DNA from: an uncultured Solirubrobacterales bacterium
Lineage (GTDB): Bacteria > Actinomycetota > Thermoleophilia > Solirubrobacterales > 70-9
Assembly: GCA_963712325.1 (NCBI GenBank)
Contig: CAVQHG010000005.1
Coordinates: forward strand, 23,804 to 87,803
Direction of reading: 5' to 3'
DNA: 64,000 bases
Part shown: piece after piece, positions 1 through 8,511 of the stretch
Layout of the letters: every line of letters begins with the position of its first letter
How positions within the stretch are numbered: the first letter of the stretch is position 1
Translations under genes and position numbers: made by a program
The notes under the pieces: model-generated
What the model saw: only the letters and a program-made list of their open reading frames with translations
Database searches by the model: none
Told to the model about the DNA's origin: nothing

Positions 1-78
1 ACGCTGCTGGAGACCGGTGAGCTGCTCGACACGCCGGGGTCGCTTCGCTACGCGGACGCGCAGCGAGCGGCCGGTTGA
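1..78 (+). CDS. 3' end of an unidentified gene (partial, starts outside window)
   Basis: Frame 1 reads TLLETGELLDTPGSLRYADAQRAAG and stops at TGA 76-78. The product is not recognisable. Confidence 0.25.
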   Translation, partial: TLLETGELLDTPGSLRYADAQRAAG

Positions 79-152
79 GGCGCAGCGGGCAGCGGTCGCC
101 GCGTTCGCGGTCGGCGACCGGATTCCGGCCGTGGGCGGCATCGCCGGGGCGC

Positions 153-1307
153 TCAGCCGAAGGTGACCGAGAAGGTCAGCGGGTCCAGCCTCTCCCCCGC
201 CTTGTAGCGGCCCCATGCGGCGGCGCCGGCGGCGGTCAGGGTGACCGGCACGCCCTGCCAGCTGATCGTCTTTCCGTCGGTGCTGAGCGTCGAGGCCACC
301 GCGCCCATGTCGAGGGTCGCGAAGGGCACGGCCGGCGCGCCCCCGATTGCCAGGAAGAGTTCCCCCGTCGCGCCCTGGAAGCGCACCAGCGGATTGGCGA
401 ACACCCAGCTCTGCCCCTCCTTGCCGAAGGTCACCGCGCCCGCGGTCTGGATCACGTAGCGATCGGCCGCGCCGAAGAGGCCGCTCTGGAAGGTCCCGCT
501 CGTGAACGGGAAGGTGTAGAAGCCGCCGGCCAGGTAGTCGTCGAACTTCTGGACCCCCCCGCTGACCGCGGATTCGCCGCTCGGCCCGCCCCCCTGGCTG
601 CCGAGGACGTACTGGCGCCAGTCGTTGGACACGCCCCAGTCGGCGTGGCCCCCGACGAGCGCCACCGCCGGCGAGAGCTTCGGCGTGGCCCGGCCGCCGA
701 GGCTGCCGGTTCCCGCCGCGCCGTGCTCGACGTGGACGCCGATCCGGCGATGGATGGCGCGCCGGCCGCGAGAGGTCAACTGCAGGCCCGAGCCGCGCAG
801 GCGGACGGCCCCCGATGCGACATCGAAGCGGGCCTTCCGCGCGCTGCGCAGCACCGGTATCCGCCGGCTCCGGCGGAACCGGCCCATGATCGTCGTCGAG
901 CGCTTCGCCAGGACGACGCGCAGGCTCCCCAGGCGCGCCCGATGGCCCTTGGCATTGGGAACCTGGAGGGTGACCCCGCCGCGCAGATAGACGACCGGCC
1001 TGCCCTTGCCGAAGTCGATGCTCCGCACCGGGAAGATCGTCCGCGTGGCCCGGTTGACCCGGACCTGCCTCGCCCCCCCGAACGCGAACAGCTTCAGCGC
1101 CCGCGAGTGCTTCCACCCGCCTCGCTTGACCTTGATGCGCAGCTTCAGGTTCGCGTTGCCGGTGCTCGCGGCCTGGCTGCCCAGGGCAGCGGCCGGCGCC
1201 GCCAGCGCCGCCAATGCCACCAGCGTGACGACCACCGATCCGAGAGCGCCGGAACGGCTGCGCGCCGGCCCCCTGCCTGCCAAAGCCAATTCGGTCACCT
1301 GCACCAC
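153..1307 (-). CDS. secreted protein, C-terminal half tentatively HtaA-like
   Basis: 384-aa ORF with a signal-like N-terminus (RSRSGALGSVVVTLVALAALAAPAAALG). The segment GGHADWGVSNDWRQYV...TFPFTSGTF...VTFGKEG resembles HtaA-type domains from memory. The opposite-strand ORF 75..1385 is Arg/Pro-rich mirror noise. Confidence 0.45.
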   Translation of the reverse strand: MVQVTELALAGRGPARSRSGALGSVVVTLVALAALAAPAAALGSQAASTGNANLKLRIKVKRGGWKHSRALKLFAFGGARQVRVNRATRTIFPVRSIDFGKGRPVVYLRGGVTLQVPNAKGHRARLGSLRVVLAKRSTTIMGRFRRSRRIPVLRSARKARFDVASGAVRLRGSGLQLTSRGRRAIHRRIGVHVEHGAAGTGSLGGRATPKLSPAVALVGGHADWGVSNDWRQYVLGSQGGGPSGESAVSGGVQKFDDYLAGGFYTFPFTSGTFQSGLFGAADRYVIQTAGAVTFGKEGQSWVFANPLVRFQGATGELFLAIGGAPAVPFATLDMGAVASTLSTDGKTISWQGVPVTLTAAGAAAWGRYKAGERLDPLTFSVTFG

Positions 1308-1466
1308 TCAAGTCCCTTCTCCGCCCGCGCGGTCCGATTCCGCCGCCGCGAACCCCATCGGTTGAGGCCGCGGCCAGCCTACTAATTATTGGCCGTGATT
1401 AGTAAAGGAATTTGCCGCACCCCGTAATACTTCGCGCTCCTTGCAGCAAATCGCCCAAACTCGTCG

Positions 1467-1871
1467 ATGATCGCGCTCTTCGTCGCGATCGGCGGCAGCG
1501 CCTACGCCGCCGAGAAGCTCGATAGCAGCAACTACTACGAAGGCAACTTCAATCCCGGCATCGAGGCGGAACTGTCCGACGAGGCGCAGGACGACAGCAC
1601 CTACGTCGAGGGTCGGCCAATGACGGCCGGTTCACCGACGCTGGGTCGCCCCGCGCCTTCTGGGCCTCGGCGACGAACGCGGCCTGACCTCGGTGTCGCC
1701 GAAACCGGCCGGCTGAGGGAGGGGCGCGGCCGGGGCCGTGCCCGCCGTGGGATTGCGGGCCGCGGCGCGGGCGCGGGCGGCTCCCCGCGCCGGCGCCGTC
1801 AGGCATCCTCGTCGAGGTGGCGGCCGACGAGCTCGATCAGCTCGGCGACGTGGGGGTCGAAGAGCGAGTAG
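1467..1871 (+). pseudogene. possible orphan N-terminal fragment of the anchor-repeat paralog family
   Basis: It starts MIALFVAIGGSAYAA, matching the anchors of the genes at 4895, 5891 and 8512 (FIALGGASYAA / FVALGGSVLA). After about 55 aa the frame becomes Arg/Gly-rich noise and runs antisense into the ArsR gene, so only roughly 1467-1640 is plausible. Confidence 0.2.
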
Positions 1872-2125
1872 TAGGCGTGCCGCCCCTCCCGCCGCCTCCT
1901 CACCAGGCGAGCGGCGCGCAGCAGGCGCAGCTGCTGGGAGCAGGCGGTGGAGCTGAGCCCGGTGGCGGAGGCCAGCTCGGCGACCGCGAGCTCCCCCTCG
2001 CCGTGCAGCCTCAGCACGATGCGCATCCGCCCACGGTCCCCGAGCAGCCGGAAGATGTCGGTCAGCTCCTCCTCCCGCTCGGTGCTCACGGCTGGTATGC
2101 CTCCGGGTTCGTCGCCGCCACGCAT
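1799..2125 (-). CDS. ArsR/SmtB-family metalloregulator
   Basis: 108 aa from ATG 2125. Winged-HTH signature LAVAELASATGLSSTACSQQLRLLRAARLVRRRREGRHAYYSL. It is divergent from a CDF transporter operon. Confidence 0.8.
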   Translation of the reverse strand: MRGGDEPGGIPAVSTEREEELTDIFRLLGDRGRMRIVLRLHGEGELAVAELASATGLSSTACSQQLRLLRAARLVRRRREGRHAYYSLFDPHVAELIELVGRHLDEDA

Positions 2126-2154
2126 CGGGGCTCGAAATCTAGCTTCTGCGTGAC

Positions 2155-2176
2155 TGCATAGATGCGCAGTTATGCA
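2155..2176. promoter_or_regulatory. candidate ArsR operator (TGCATA-N10-TATGCA inverted repeat)
   Basis: AT-rich inverted repeat in the 84-nt divergent spacer between the arsR-like start (2125) and the downstream operon start (2210). Confidence 0.35.
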
Positions 2177-2209
2177 TATGATGGATCCCGTGCGAGGCAA
2201 GGCGTCCTC

Positions 2210-2782
2210 ATGAACGCAGCCCTGGCGGCAGTCGGAGCCGTCAGCCTCCTGGCGGCGGTGGCGGTCGTCGCGCGGGTGAAGCGCGAGTACGAGGGCCCGG
2301 GGGTCCTCTCCGACCTCACCGTCGTCGCGGTCTGGGCTCTCTACACGGCGATAGTCGTCGTCGTACTCGTCGCCTCCGCGGTCGGGGCATGGCCGATCGG
2401 CCTGGCCTCCGCCCTGTCGGTCCCCCTCGGCGTCGTGCTGGTCGCGGCGGGGCTGGCTCTGGTGGTCGCCGGGCTGGCCTCGATGGCGTCCTTCCGCCGC
2501 ATGTCGGGAATGCAGCCGGACACGCTGATCACGGGCGGCGCCTTCCGGATCAGCCGCAATCCGCAGAACGTCGGCATCGCGACCGCGATGAGCGGCGCCG
2601 CAATCCTCGGCGACTCCTGGCTGGCGCTGCTTGCCAGCGGGGGCTTCTGGCTGATCTTCTACGTCTACGTGAGATTCGAGGAGGAACATCTGGCGAGGGC
2701 CTTCGGCGAGCCCTACGACCGCTACCGGCGCCGGACGCCGCGGTTTCTGGGACTGCCCCGCCGGGGGGTCCCAACCCCATGA
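2210..2782 (+). CDS. isoprenylcysteine carboxyl / phospholipid methyltransferase (ICMT/PEMT)-family membrane protein
   Basis: Multi-TM protein with C-terminal signature FRISRNPQNVG...RFEEEHLARAFGEPYDRYRRRTPRF. ATG 2210 is preferred over 2162, which lies inside the operator-like palindrome. Confidence 0.65.
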   Translation: MNAALAAVGAVSLLAAVAVVARVKREYEGPGVLSDLTVVAVWALYTAIVVVVLVASAVGAWPIGLASALSVPLGVVLVAAGLALVVAGLASMASFRRMSGMQPDTLITGGAFRISRNPQNVGIATAMSGAAILGDSWLALLASGGFWLIFYVYVRFEEEHLARAFGEPYDRYRRRTPRFLGLPRRGVPTP

Positions 2783-3708
2783 GCGCGCCGGCGGGAGGCC
2801 ACGGGCATCGTGGGCACTCCCACAGCCATGGGGTGAGCGAGGACGCGAGCGCCGGCAAGCTGGCGATCGCGCTCGGCCTGATCGCCGGCTTCATGGCCGT
2901 CGAGGTGGTCGTCGGCATCGTCACCTCCTCCCTGGCCCTGCTCTCCGACGCAGCCCACATGCTGACCGACGCGGGCGCGATCGCCCTGGCCCTGGTGGCA
3001 CTGCGCCTGGCGAGGCGGCCGGCGCGGGGCCGCTTCACCTTCGGGCTCAAACGAGCCGAGATCCTCTCCGCACAGCTCAACGGGGCCACGCTCGGAGTGC
3101 TCGGCGTGCTGATCATGGTCGAGGGCGTGCGGCGGCTGATCAGCCCGCCGGAGGTCCCGGGAGCGCCGCTGCTGATCGTTGCGGTGGCCGGGGTGGTCGT
3201 CAACCTCGCCGCCACCTGGACCCTCTCCAAGGCCAACCGCGAAAGCCTCAACGTCGAGGGCGCCTTCCAGCACATCCTCACGGACCTGGCGGCCTTCGTC
3301 GCAACGGCGATCGCCGGGCTGGTGATCCTGTTGACGGGGTTCAGCCGCGCCGACGGAATCGCGGCGCTCGTGATCGCCGCGATCATGCTGCGCGCCGCCT
3401 ACGGCCTGCTGCGCGACTCGGGCCGGATCCTGCTGGAGGCCGCGCCGGAGGGAATCGATCCCGACGAGGTGGGCGAGGCGATGGTGGCGCACCCCGGAGT
3501 CGCCGAGGTCCACGACCTGCACCTTTGGGAGGTCAGCTCGGGGTTCCCCGCCCTGGCCGCGCACGTGCTGGTCGGCGAGGAGGACGACTGCCACGAGCGG
3601 CGCCGGCAGCTGGAGAGGATGCTGCACGAGCGCTTCGGGCTCGACCACACCACGCTGCAGCTCGACCACGCGCAGACCAGACCGCTCCAGGTGACCGGCG
3701 CGCCCTGA
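2779..3708 (+). CDS. cation diffusion facilitator (CzcD/ZitB-like) divalent-metal efflux protein
   Basis: His-rich N-terminus (GGHGHRGHSHSHG), LLSDAAHMLTD and HILTDLAAF motifs, and C-terminal HDLHLWEVSSG. ATG 2779 overlaps the upstream stop (ATGA). Confidence 0.85.
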   Translation: MSAPAGGHGHRGHSHSHGVSEDASAGKLAIALGLIAGFMAVEVVVGIVTSSLALLSDAAHMLTDAGAIALALVALRLARRPARGRFTFGLKRAEILSAQLNGATLGVLGVLIMVEGVRRLISPPEVPGAPLLIVAVAGVVVNLAATWTLSKANRESLNVEGAFQHILTDLAAFVATAIAGLVILLTGFSRADGIAALVIAAIMLRAAYGLLRDSGRILLEAAPEGIDPDEVGEAMVAHPGVAEVHDLHLWEVSSGFPALAAHVLVGEEDDCHERRRQLERMLHERFGLDHTTLQLDHAQTRPLQVTGAP

Positions 3709-3728
3709 GGCCGCGCTCCGGAGCGGGC

Positions 3729-4178
3729 TCAGCTGTGCGCGGCCCGCTCGCGAGCGTAGGCGTCGAGCAGCTCGAGCTCTTCCGCGTAGAGACGGCGCAT
3801 CATGCGCGGCGCAAGCAGGCGCTCGAAGAAGCCGGCGATCCCGCTCACCTCCCAGCTGGTGGCGATCTCGACCCGCGCGCCGCCGGAATCGGGCGTCACC
3901 GTCCAGGTCGTCACCAGATCGGAGTTGGTGTCGGACTCGGTCAGGACGCGACCGGGCTCGGGCTCCTCGACCAGCATCCGGAAGCTGCGGCTGCCGCCGC
4001 CGCCCTTCACCCTGAAGGTGGTGATGGTGCCGGCGCCGACCCCACCCGCCTCGATCGTGAAGTCGCGGAAGGCGGGTGGCAGGAATTTCCGGTGCTGCTC
4101 GTGGTCGGCAATGCAGCGGTAGACCACCTCCGGCGCCGCTCCCACCCTGCCGTCTTCGACCACGTCGACTCTCGCCAT
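3729..4178 (-). CDS. SRPBCC (polyketide cyclase/START-like) family protein
   Basis: About 149 aa with typical SRPBCC layout (VVYRCIADHEQHRKFLPPAF...TTWTVTPDSGGARVEIATSWE). ATG 4178 has GGAG 6-7 nt upstream. The listed ORF start 4217 is a TTG. Confidence 0.55.
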   Translation of the reverse strand: MARVDVVEDGRVGAAPEVVYRCIADHEQHRKFLPPAFRDFTIEAGGVGAGTITTFRVKGGGGSRSFRMLVEEPEPGRVLTESDTNSDLVTTWTVTPDSGGARVEIATSWEVSGIAGFFERLLAPRMMRRLYAEELELLDAYARERAAHS

Positions 4179-4242
4179 CGCGACTCCGAAGCTACCAGCG
4201 GATGCGGCCGGCGCCAACGACCGGCATTAGGGTCTCATCGAC

Positions 4243-4707
4243 ATGCTCACCACATCGATCGACGTGGAAGTGACCATGGAGATCGAGTGCCCGACCGAGG
4301 AGGTCTGGGCATTCGCGACCGACCCCGAGCGGATGCCGGAGTGGCTCGAGGAGTTCGAGGCGGTCGTCAAGGAGTCGGACGGGCCGGTCGGCAAGGGCAC
4401 CGTATTCCGATACACGGTCTCCCCCGGTCACCGCTCGGCCACGATCGAGGTGGTCGAATGGGAGCCCGGGCACCGGTTCGCGTGGGACGGCCCTCCGCTT
4501 CCATGGCGCGGCGGCGCGGCGCGTGCGCGCGGCTATTTCGAGGTGGCGCCGGCCGGCGAAGGTCGGACGCTCTTCGTCAGCCACTATCGGCCGGAGCTGT
4601 CCGGGACGATGGCCCTGATGCGCCCGATTCTCGAGCGCTGGCTCCGCAAGCGGCGGAGGTTGGACACGGAACGGCTGAAGTCGCTGCTGGAGAGCGGCCA
4701 CCGCTGA
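4243..4707 (+). CDS. SRPBCC family protein
   Basis: 154 aa with IECPTEEVWAFATDPERMPEWL..., a typical START/SRPBCC N-terminal motif. Confidence 0.55.
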   Translation: MLTTSIDVEVTMEIECPTEEVWAFATDPERMPEWLEEFEAVVKESDGPVGKGTVFRYTVSPGHRSATIEVVEWEPGHRFAWDGPPLPWRGGAARARGYFEVAPAGEGRTLFVSHYRPELSGTMALMRPILERWLRKRRRLDTERLKSLLESGHR

Positions 4708-4843
4708 GCCGGGCGAGGACCACGGGGGCAGGGTCGGTTCGGCTCGACAGGCGTTGCGGGCCGACGAATCCCCGGTACGATGCCGGTTGATGGGGAGGTA
4801 GCCGGCCGGCCGTCGGCGGAGAGCTGCACGGGGGCGATATGAA

Positions 4844-4868
4844 GAGGGGGCCCGCCGCGGGCCCCCTC
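4844..4868 (-). terminator. GC hairpin downstream of paralog A
   Basis: GAGGGGGCCC-gccgc-GGGCCCCCTC, 27 nt past the stop at 4895. On the minus strand it is followed by TTCATAT. Same GAGGGG/CCCCTC style as the hairpins after paralogs B and C. Confidence 0.45.
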
Positions 4869-4894
4869 CTCGTCGCGGTTATGCCGTGGGTTTT

Positions 4895-5665
4895 TCAGCC
4901 GACCAGCGCCGCACCGGCGAAGTGGCATTCGGTCGGGAACGGATAGCTGTCCGTACCGGGTTCGTTTTTGAAGAACGTCGAGTTGTCGGCCGCCAGGTTC
5001 CCCCAAGACGGTACGGCCATGAAGTGCCCGTCGGTGGACATCGCCATCGCTCCGTCTTCGGGGTCCCTGAAGTTGAAGCCGATCCCCTCGTTCGTCGCCA
5101 GGCTGAAGTCCACTTCGTCGTCGGAGGACGAGAGCGCCGGCGCGGCGGCGCGGTTGTATAGCACCATCGCCGTTTCGTGAGGGTGTGCCCCCTGAAGGCC
5201 CGGTGGGACGAAGTCTTCGTTCGGGTCGCAGACTCCCATCAGCTCGAAATTGGCCGTCCTGGCCAGGCTCACCATCTGATTGTCGTTGGCACCCACCGAG
5301 AACGTCCTCACGGAGTCAACGCTGCTCGCGTTGGCTGCGTTGGCTGCATTGGTCGCGTTGGCTGCGTTGGCGGCACTCACTGCATTCGTCGCATTGACGG
5401 CATTGACGGCGTTCGTGGCCTTGGGCACCTGGCCCAGCTTCGACTCCTTGATCTGTCTCCCCGTAAGGGAGTTCTTCTTGATCCGGCTGCCGGGCAGGGT
5501 GTTCTTCTTGATTCGGTTGCCGGGCAGGGTGTTCTTTTTGATTTTTTTGCCGTTGATGTTGTGGCCCTTTCCGCCGGCAAGGACACTGCCGCCAAGTGCG
5601 ACGAACAGCGCGAGACAACTGATGAGAAGGGCCGCGGACGAGCGACTCGGACGAGCGTGCTTCAT
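4895..5665 (-). CDS. membrane-anchored decapeptide-repeat protein, paralog A (distinct C-terminal head)
   Basis: ATG 5665 is preceded by GGGAGG. N-terminal anchor LISCLALFVALGGSVLAGG. Repeats IKKNTLPGNR/IKKNTLPGSR/IKKNSLTGRQ/IKESKLGQVP, then an (N-A-x)n tract, then a about 135-aa Cys-containing C-terminal domain unrelated to B and C. Confidence 0.7.
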   Translation of the reverse strand: MKHARPSRSSAALLISCLALFVALGGSVLAGGKGHNINGKKIKKNTLPGNRIKKNTLPGSRIKKNSLTGRQIKESKLGQVPKATNAVNAVNATNAVSAANAANATNAANAANASSVDSVRTFSVGANDNQMVSLARTANFELMGVCDPNEDFVPPGLQGAHPHETAMVLYNRAAAPALSSSDDEVDFSLATNEGIGFNFRDPEDGAMAMSTDGHFMAVPSWGNLAADNSTFFKNEPGTDSYPFPTECHFAGAALVG

Positions 5666-5846
5666 TACAACCTCCCATACGGGTTCATGGGCTCTCGGCC
5701 TCGACCCACGAGACCTGAAGCCCCGGTGCGATCCACTGTTCTCGGGCATACCGGATATTCAGTACCGGAAAAGGCCCTAGAGACAATGGCCGTCGAACCC
5801 AACGTAGCCCCGGACCCGGGAGCGGTCAAGTTCCGTTAAGGAATGA

Positions 5847-5872
5847 AGAGGGGCCGCCCAAATCGCCCCTCT
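5847..5872 (-). terminator. GC hairpin downstream of paralog B
   Basis: AGAGGGGC-N10-GCCCCTCT, 19 nt past the stop at 5891. Confidence 0.45.
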
Positions 5873-5890
5873 CACGCCGGCTGTGTCGAT

Positions 5891-6604
5891 TCAGGGCGCG
5901 GCGCGGAAGCTGATCCCTTCCAGGAACGTGATGCTCGTGCCTGACGGCGTCACATCTCCCCCCACGCCGACCCTGACGGAGCCCGTTCCGTCTTCTGAGC
6001 AGCTGCCACCGCTGCAGAGCGCCGGGAAGAACAGATAACGCCCCCTGGTGGGGACACTGGGCTTGAAGCCGGGTGGCAGAACGAAGGCCGCAGTGTCGCT
6101 CGTCCCGCCGCCGACGACGCCCTGGAGGTGGACGACTCCCGCCTTGTCCCTGTAGAAGGTCGGCTGCTCGTATTTGAACATCGCCGCCGAGATCGGATAG
6201 CTCCAGCCGTTCTCGAATCCGGGCTCACCCGGTGCCCCGACCACGTGCCAGGGTTCGGCGGGGCTGAGGAAATTGGCCACGTTCGCCTCGTTCGCGTAGT
6301 TCGCAGTGGGCACGGTGCCGAGGCTCGACTCCTTCACCGTCCGCCCGTTCACCGCGCCGGTCCTGATCCGGTTGCTGGGAACCGCGTTCTCGGCGAGCTT
6401 GCCGGCCTTCACCGCTTCCTTGTCGAGTTTGCCGACCCGCACCGCGTTGCGGGCGATGTCGCCGGTCTGCACCGCGTTCTTGCGGATCTGCCTGGAGCCG
6501 ACGCTGTCCTTCGGCAGGTTGATCGCCGCATATGACGCGCCCCCGAGGGCGATGAAAACGGCGACGGTCGCCATCACGTTCGCGTAGCTCAGTCGTGGAC
6601 GCAT
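5891..6604 (-). CDS. membrane-anchored decapeptide-repeat protein, paralog B (tail-fibre-like head)
   Basis: AAGGAG lies 7 nt before ATG 6604. Anchor VAVFIALGGASYAA, six to seven 10-aa repeats (IRKNAVQTGD/IARNAVRVGK/LDKEAVKAGK...), LGTVP, then PAEPWHVVGAPGEPGFENGW...VVHLQGVVGGGT...LPPGFKP...GISFRA. Confidence 0.75.
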   Translation of the reverse strand: MRPRLSYANVMATVAVFIALGGASYAAINLPKDSVGSRQIRKNAVQTGDIARNAVRVGKLDKEAVKAGKLAENAVPSNRIRTGAVNGRTVKESSLGTVPTANYANEANVANFLSPAEPWHVVGAPGEPGFENGWSYPISAAMFKYEQPTFYRDKAGVVHLQGVVGGGTSDTAAFVLPPGFKPSVPTRGRYLFFPALCSGGSCSEDGTGSVRVGVGGDVTPSGTSITFLEGISFRAAP

Positions 6605-7478
6605 CGCGGACTCCTTCGCATGCTCATCGAAATAGAGCCGTATGCATCAAGGATATTGGCCTCGCACGGTCGGCCCCACCCTGCCGCCGGCCGGCCGTTG
6701 ATTCGATGCCACGCGATCGCCAAGGTCGCATCGAATGCGGAAGAGGCGCGGCAGCCGCCGCCTCTGCCTGCTTCCCACAGCGCTGCTCCTCGTCGCGCTT
6801 GCTCCCCCGTGACCACAAGCCGTCGTCGGCGCATTGCCCCACCTCTCCTTCGCCCAACTCAAGACGACGATACGCGGCTCCGCGGGGCGGCGGGCACGTA
6901 GCCACGACCTGCGTCCCGCGGCCTTCGCGGACCGACCCTACCGGCATTGGGGCGGGGCATCTGGGCGCTTTGGCCGACCAGCGAGTTCGCAGCTCTCGAT
7001 CACCACGTTTCCGCTCCCCGATTCCGAAACCGATATGCCGAGTTCCATCTGCCAAGCACGCCCCCCACAGATGCGAGGCACCGGAAGTCTCAGGTGCCCC
7101 TCCGTTTGCATGGGACGCGTGTGACTTCAGCCTGCCCTTCGACCAACTTGGCCACGGATGCGCTCGTCGGCCCTGCGGATTCCGAAGAATCGCCACAGCC
7201 ACCGAGGGCAAGCACCACCGCACCTAAGAGCAGGAGGAAAATCAGCACATGGCCACGAAGGGCAATCTATCCGCGTTCAAGCGGTGTCATCGTCACGTGC
7301 GCCGGTCCCCTCCGCGGACGGCGGTTCGTCGGCTTCCGGTGCGCTGGCGCAGGCGGACCACCCGTATCGGATGGGGCGGCGGCCTGGTACGCATCCGCCG
7401 CCCCACCCGTCTGCTCACTCACAATCGACCGCGGAACCTACCGTTCGCCGTACGCCACACGGCCGGGAGCTTCCGTCG

Positions 7479-7784
7479 TCAGTCGCAGGTGGCCGCAGGC
7501 GGGCTGACGATCCCACCAGAGCCGCCCGTGCTGTAGTCGCTGACGGCCGCGCTTTCATTCGCATGGTCACCGGCCTGGCCCGGAATGGCGATCCGCCCAC
7601 CGGGGCCGAAGCGCAGCGCGGTGTTGTTCCCGTTCTGCATCGAGCCGTAGGGCGACGATTCGAACGCCGCCGCGCCCGAGACCCCTTCGTAGGGCGCGCA
7701 GTTGTTCGCTGCCGCACCGGTCGGAACGATGAACGCGGCGGCCAATGCCGCGGCTGCGACGAGTGCTGCGATGTACCTCTTCAT
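7479..7784 (-). CDS. small secreted protein (101 aa, two Cys)
   Basis: GGAGG lies 6 nt before ATG 7784. Clean signal peptide MKRYIAALVAAAALAAAFIVPTGAAA. The mature part is Gly/Ser/Asn-rich, with Cys near both ends (NNCAPYEG ... PAATCD). Confidence 0.6.
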   Translation of the reverse strand: MKRYIAALVAAAALAAAFIVPTGAAANNCAPYEGVSGAAAFESSPYGSMQNGNNTALRFGPGGRIAIPGQAGDHANESAAVSDYSTGGSGGIVSPPAATCD

Positions 7785-8463
7785 TGCTACCTCCGTTTCG
7801 TTGGAAATCAGACGAGACAGAGGTCGGTTTCGCCGTTGGCTCCCCGCCCATCCAGGCGACCAGTTGCAGACGGGCAGAGCTGAGCCTCCTCATGCTTCTG
7901 TAACGGCGGTCCGAGGCTGGAATCTTTCCTGCCAACCGGCCCGGCCTACTCGAACATTAGTCGACTGCTCTCGGGAGAGCCGCCTGACGGTCGGACGGAA
8001 TCAGCCTCAAAGCGAGTCGCCCTGCCATTTCCCGCCGCCCCGCCTGGCCGGTTTTGCACGCCTGCGAAGCCGGTCGAGGTGCTGACGCAGGGCTCCATGC
8101 GGGCCGTCCTCTTCTCCGGCCACGAGACGGCGCAGACGATGGCGCTCGCGTAGCAGAGCAGATCGGGCCGGAGACCTCGGTGTCAGGCCGGCGAACAGTT
8201 GGGTTCATTGAAGGCCATAGAGTCTCCGTGCCTGCTTTGGGGACCCCGCGACCTTGAGGCCGCCGCGGGCTTGGTCCAACGCCTCGGCGGCCCCCGTCAT
8301 TGTTGTGGGCAACGAACCCCACCCTTGAGGAGTACGGCCCTCCTGCGCGTTCTCACAAAGCGAGAGAGGCTATTTCGAAGGTACTTCCGAAGGAAGGGGA
8401 AGGCGCGTTTAGTCCCTGGCATATTCCGAGGGTAGGAGTCCCGTGGGGGATCCGCGAGAAAGA

Positions 8464-8490
8464 GAGAGGGCCGCTCCGGACCCCCCTCTC
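8464..8490 (-). terminator. rho-independent-type terminator of paralog C
   Basis: GAGAGGG-N13-CCCTCTC, 22 nt past the stop at 8512. On the minus strand it is followed by CTCTTTCTC. Confidence 0.5.
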
Positions 8491-8511
8491 AACCTGGATT
8501 TGTGTCGATGC

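Noticed and set aside
75-1385. Long plus-strand ORF (436 aa) opposite the secreted-protein gene. There are similar mirror ORFs elsewhere: 16945..18777, 19785..21026, 23826..25625, 28683..29885, 29423..30862, 41415..43148, 43329..45158 and 59507..62386.
   Set aside because: The translations are Arg/Pro/Ala/Gly-rich with no motifs. They lie antisense to genes with clear family signatures, which is typical stop-codon-poor mirror frames in about 70% GC DNA.
2126-2209. Possible NiCo/czcD-type riboswitch upstream of the CDF operon.
   Set aside because: The spacer is only 84 nt, AT-rich and dominated by a DNA palindrome. It has none of the paired helices expected of that riboswitch, and an adjacent ArsR repressor explains regulation.
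5328-5417. Regularly spaced short repeats, considered as a possible CRISPR or satellite.
   Set aside because: The period is 9 nt with no spacers, and the repeats are in frame within paralog A, encoding an Asn/Ala linker.
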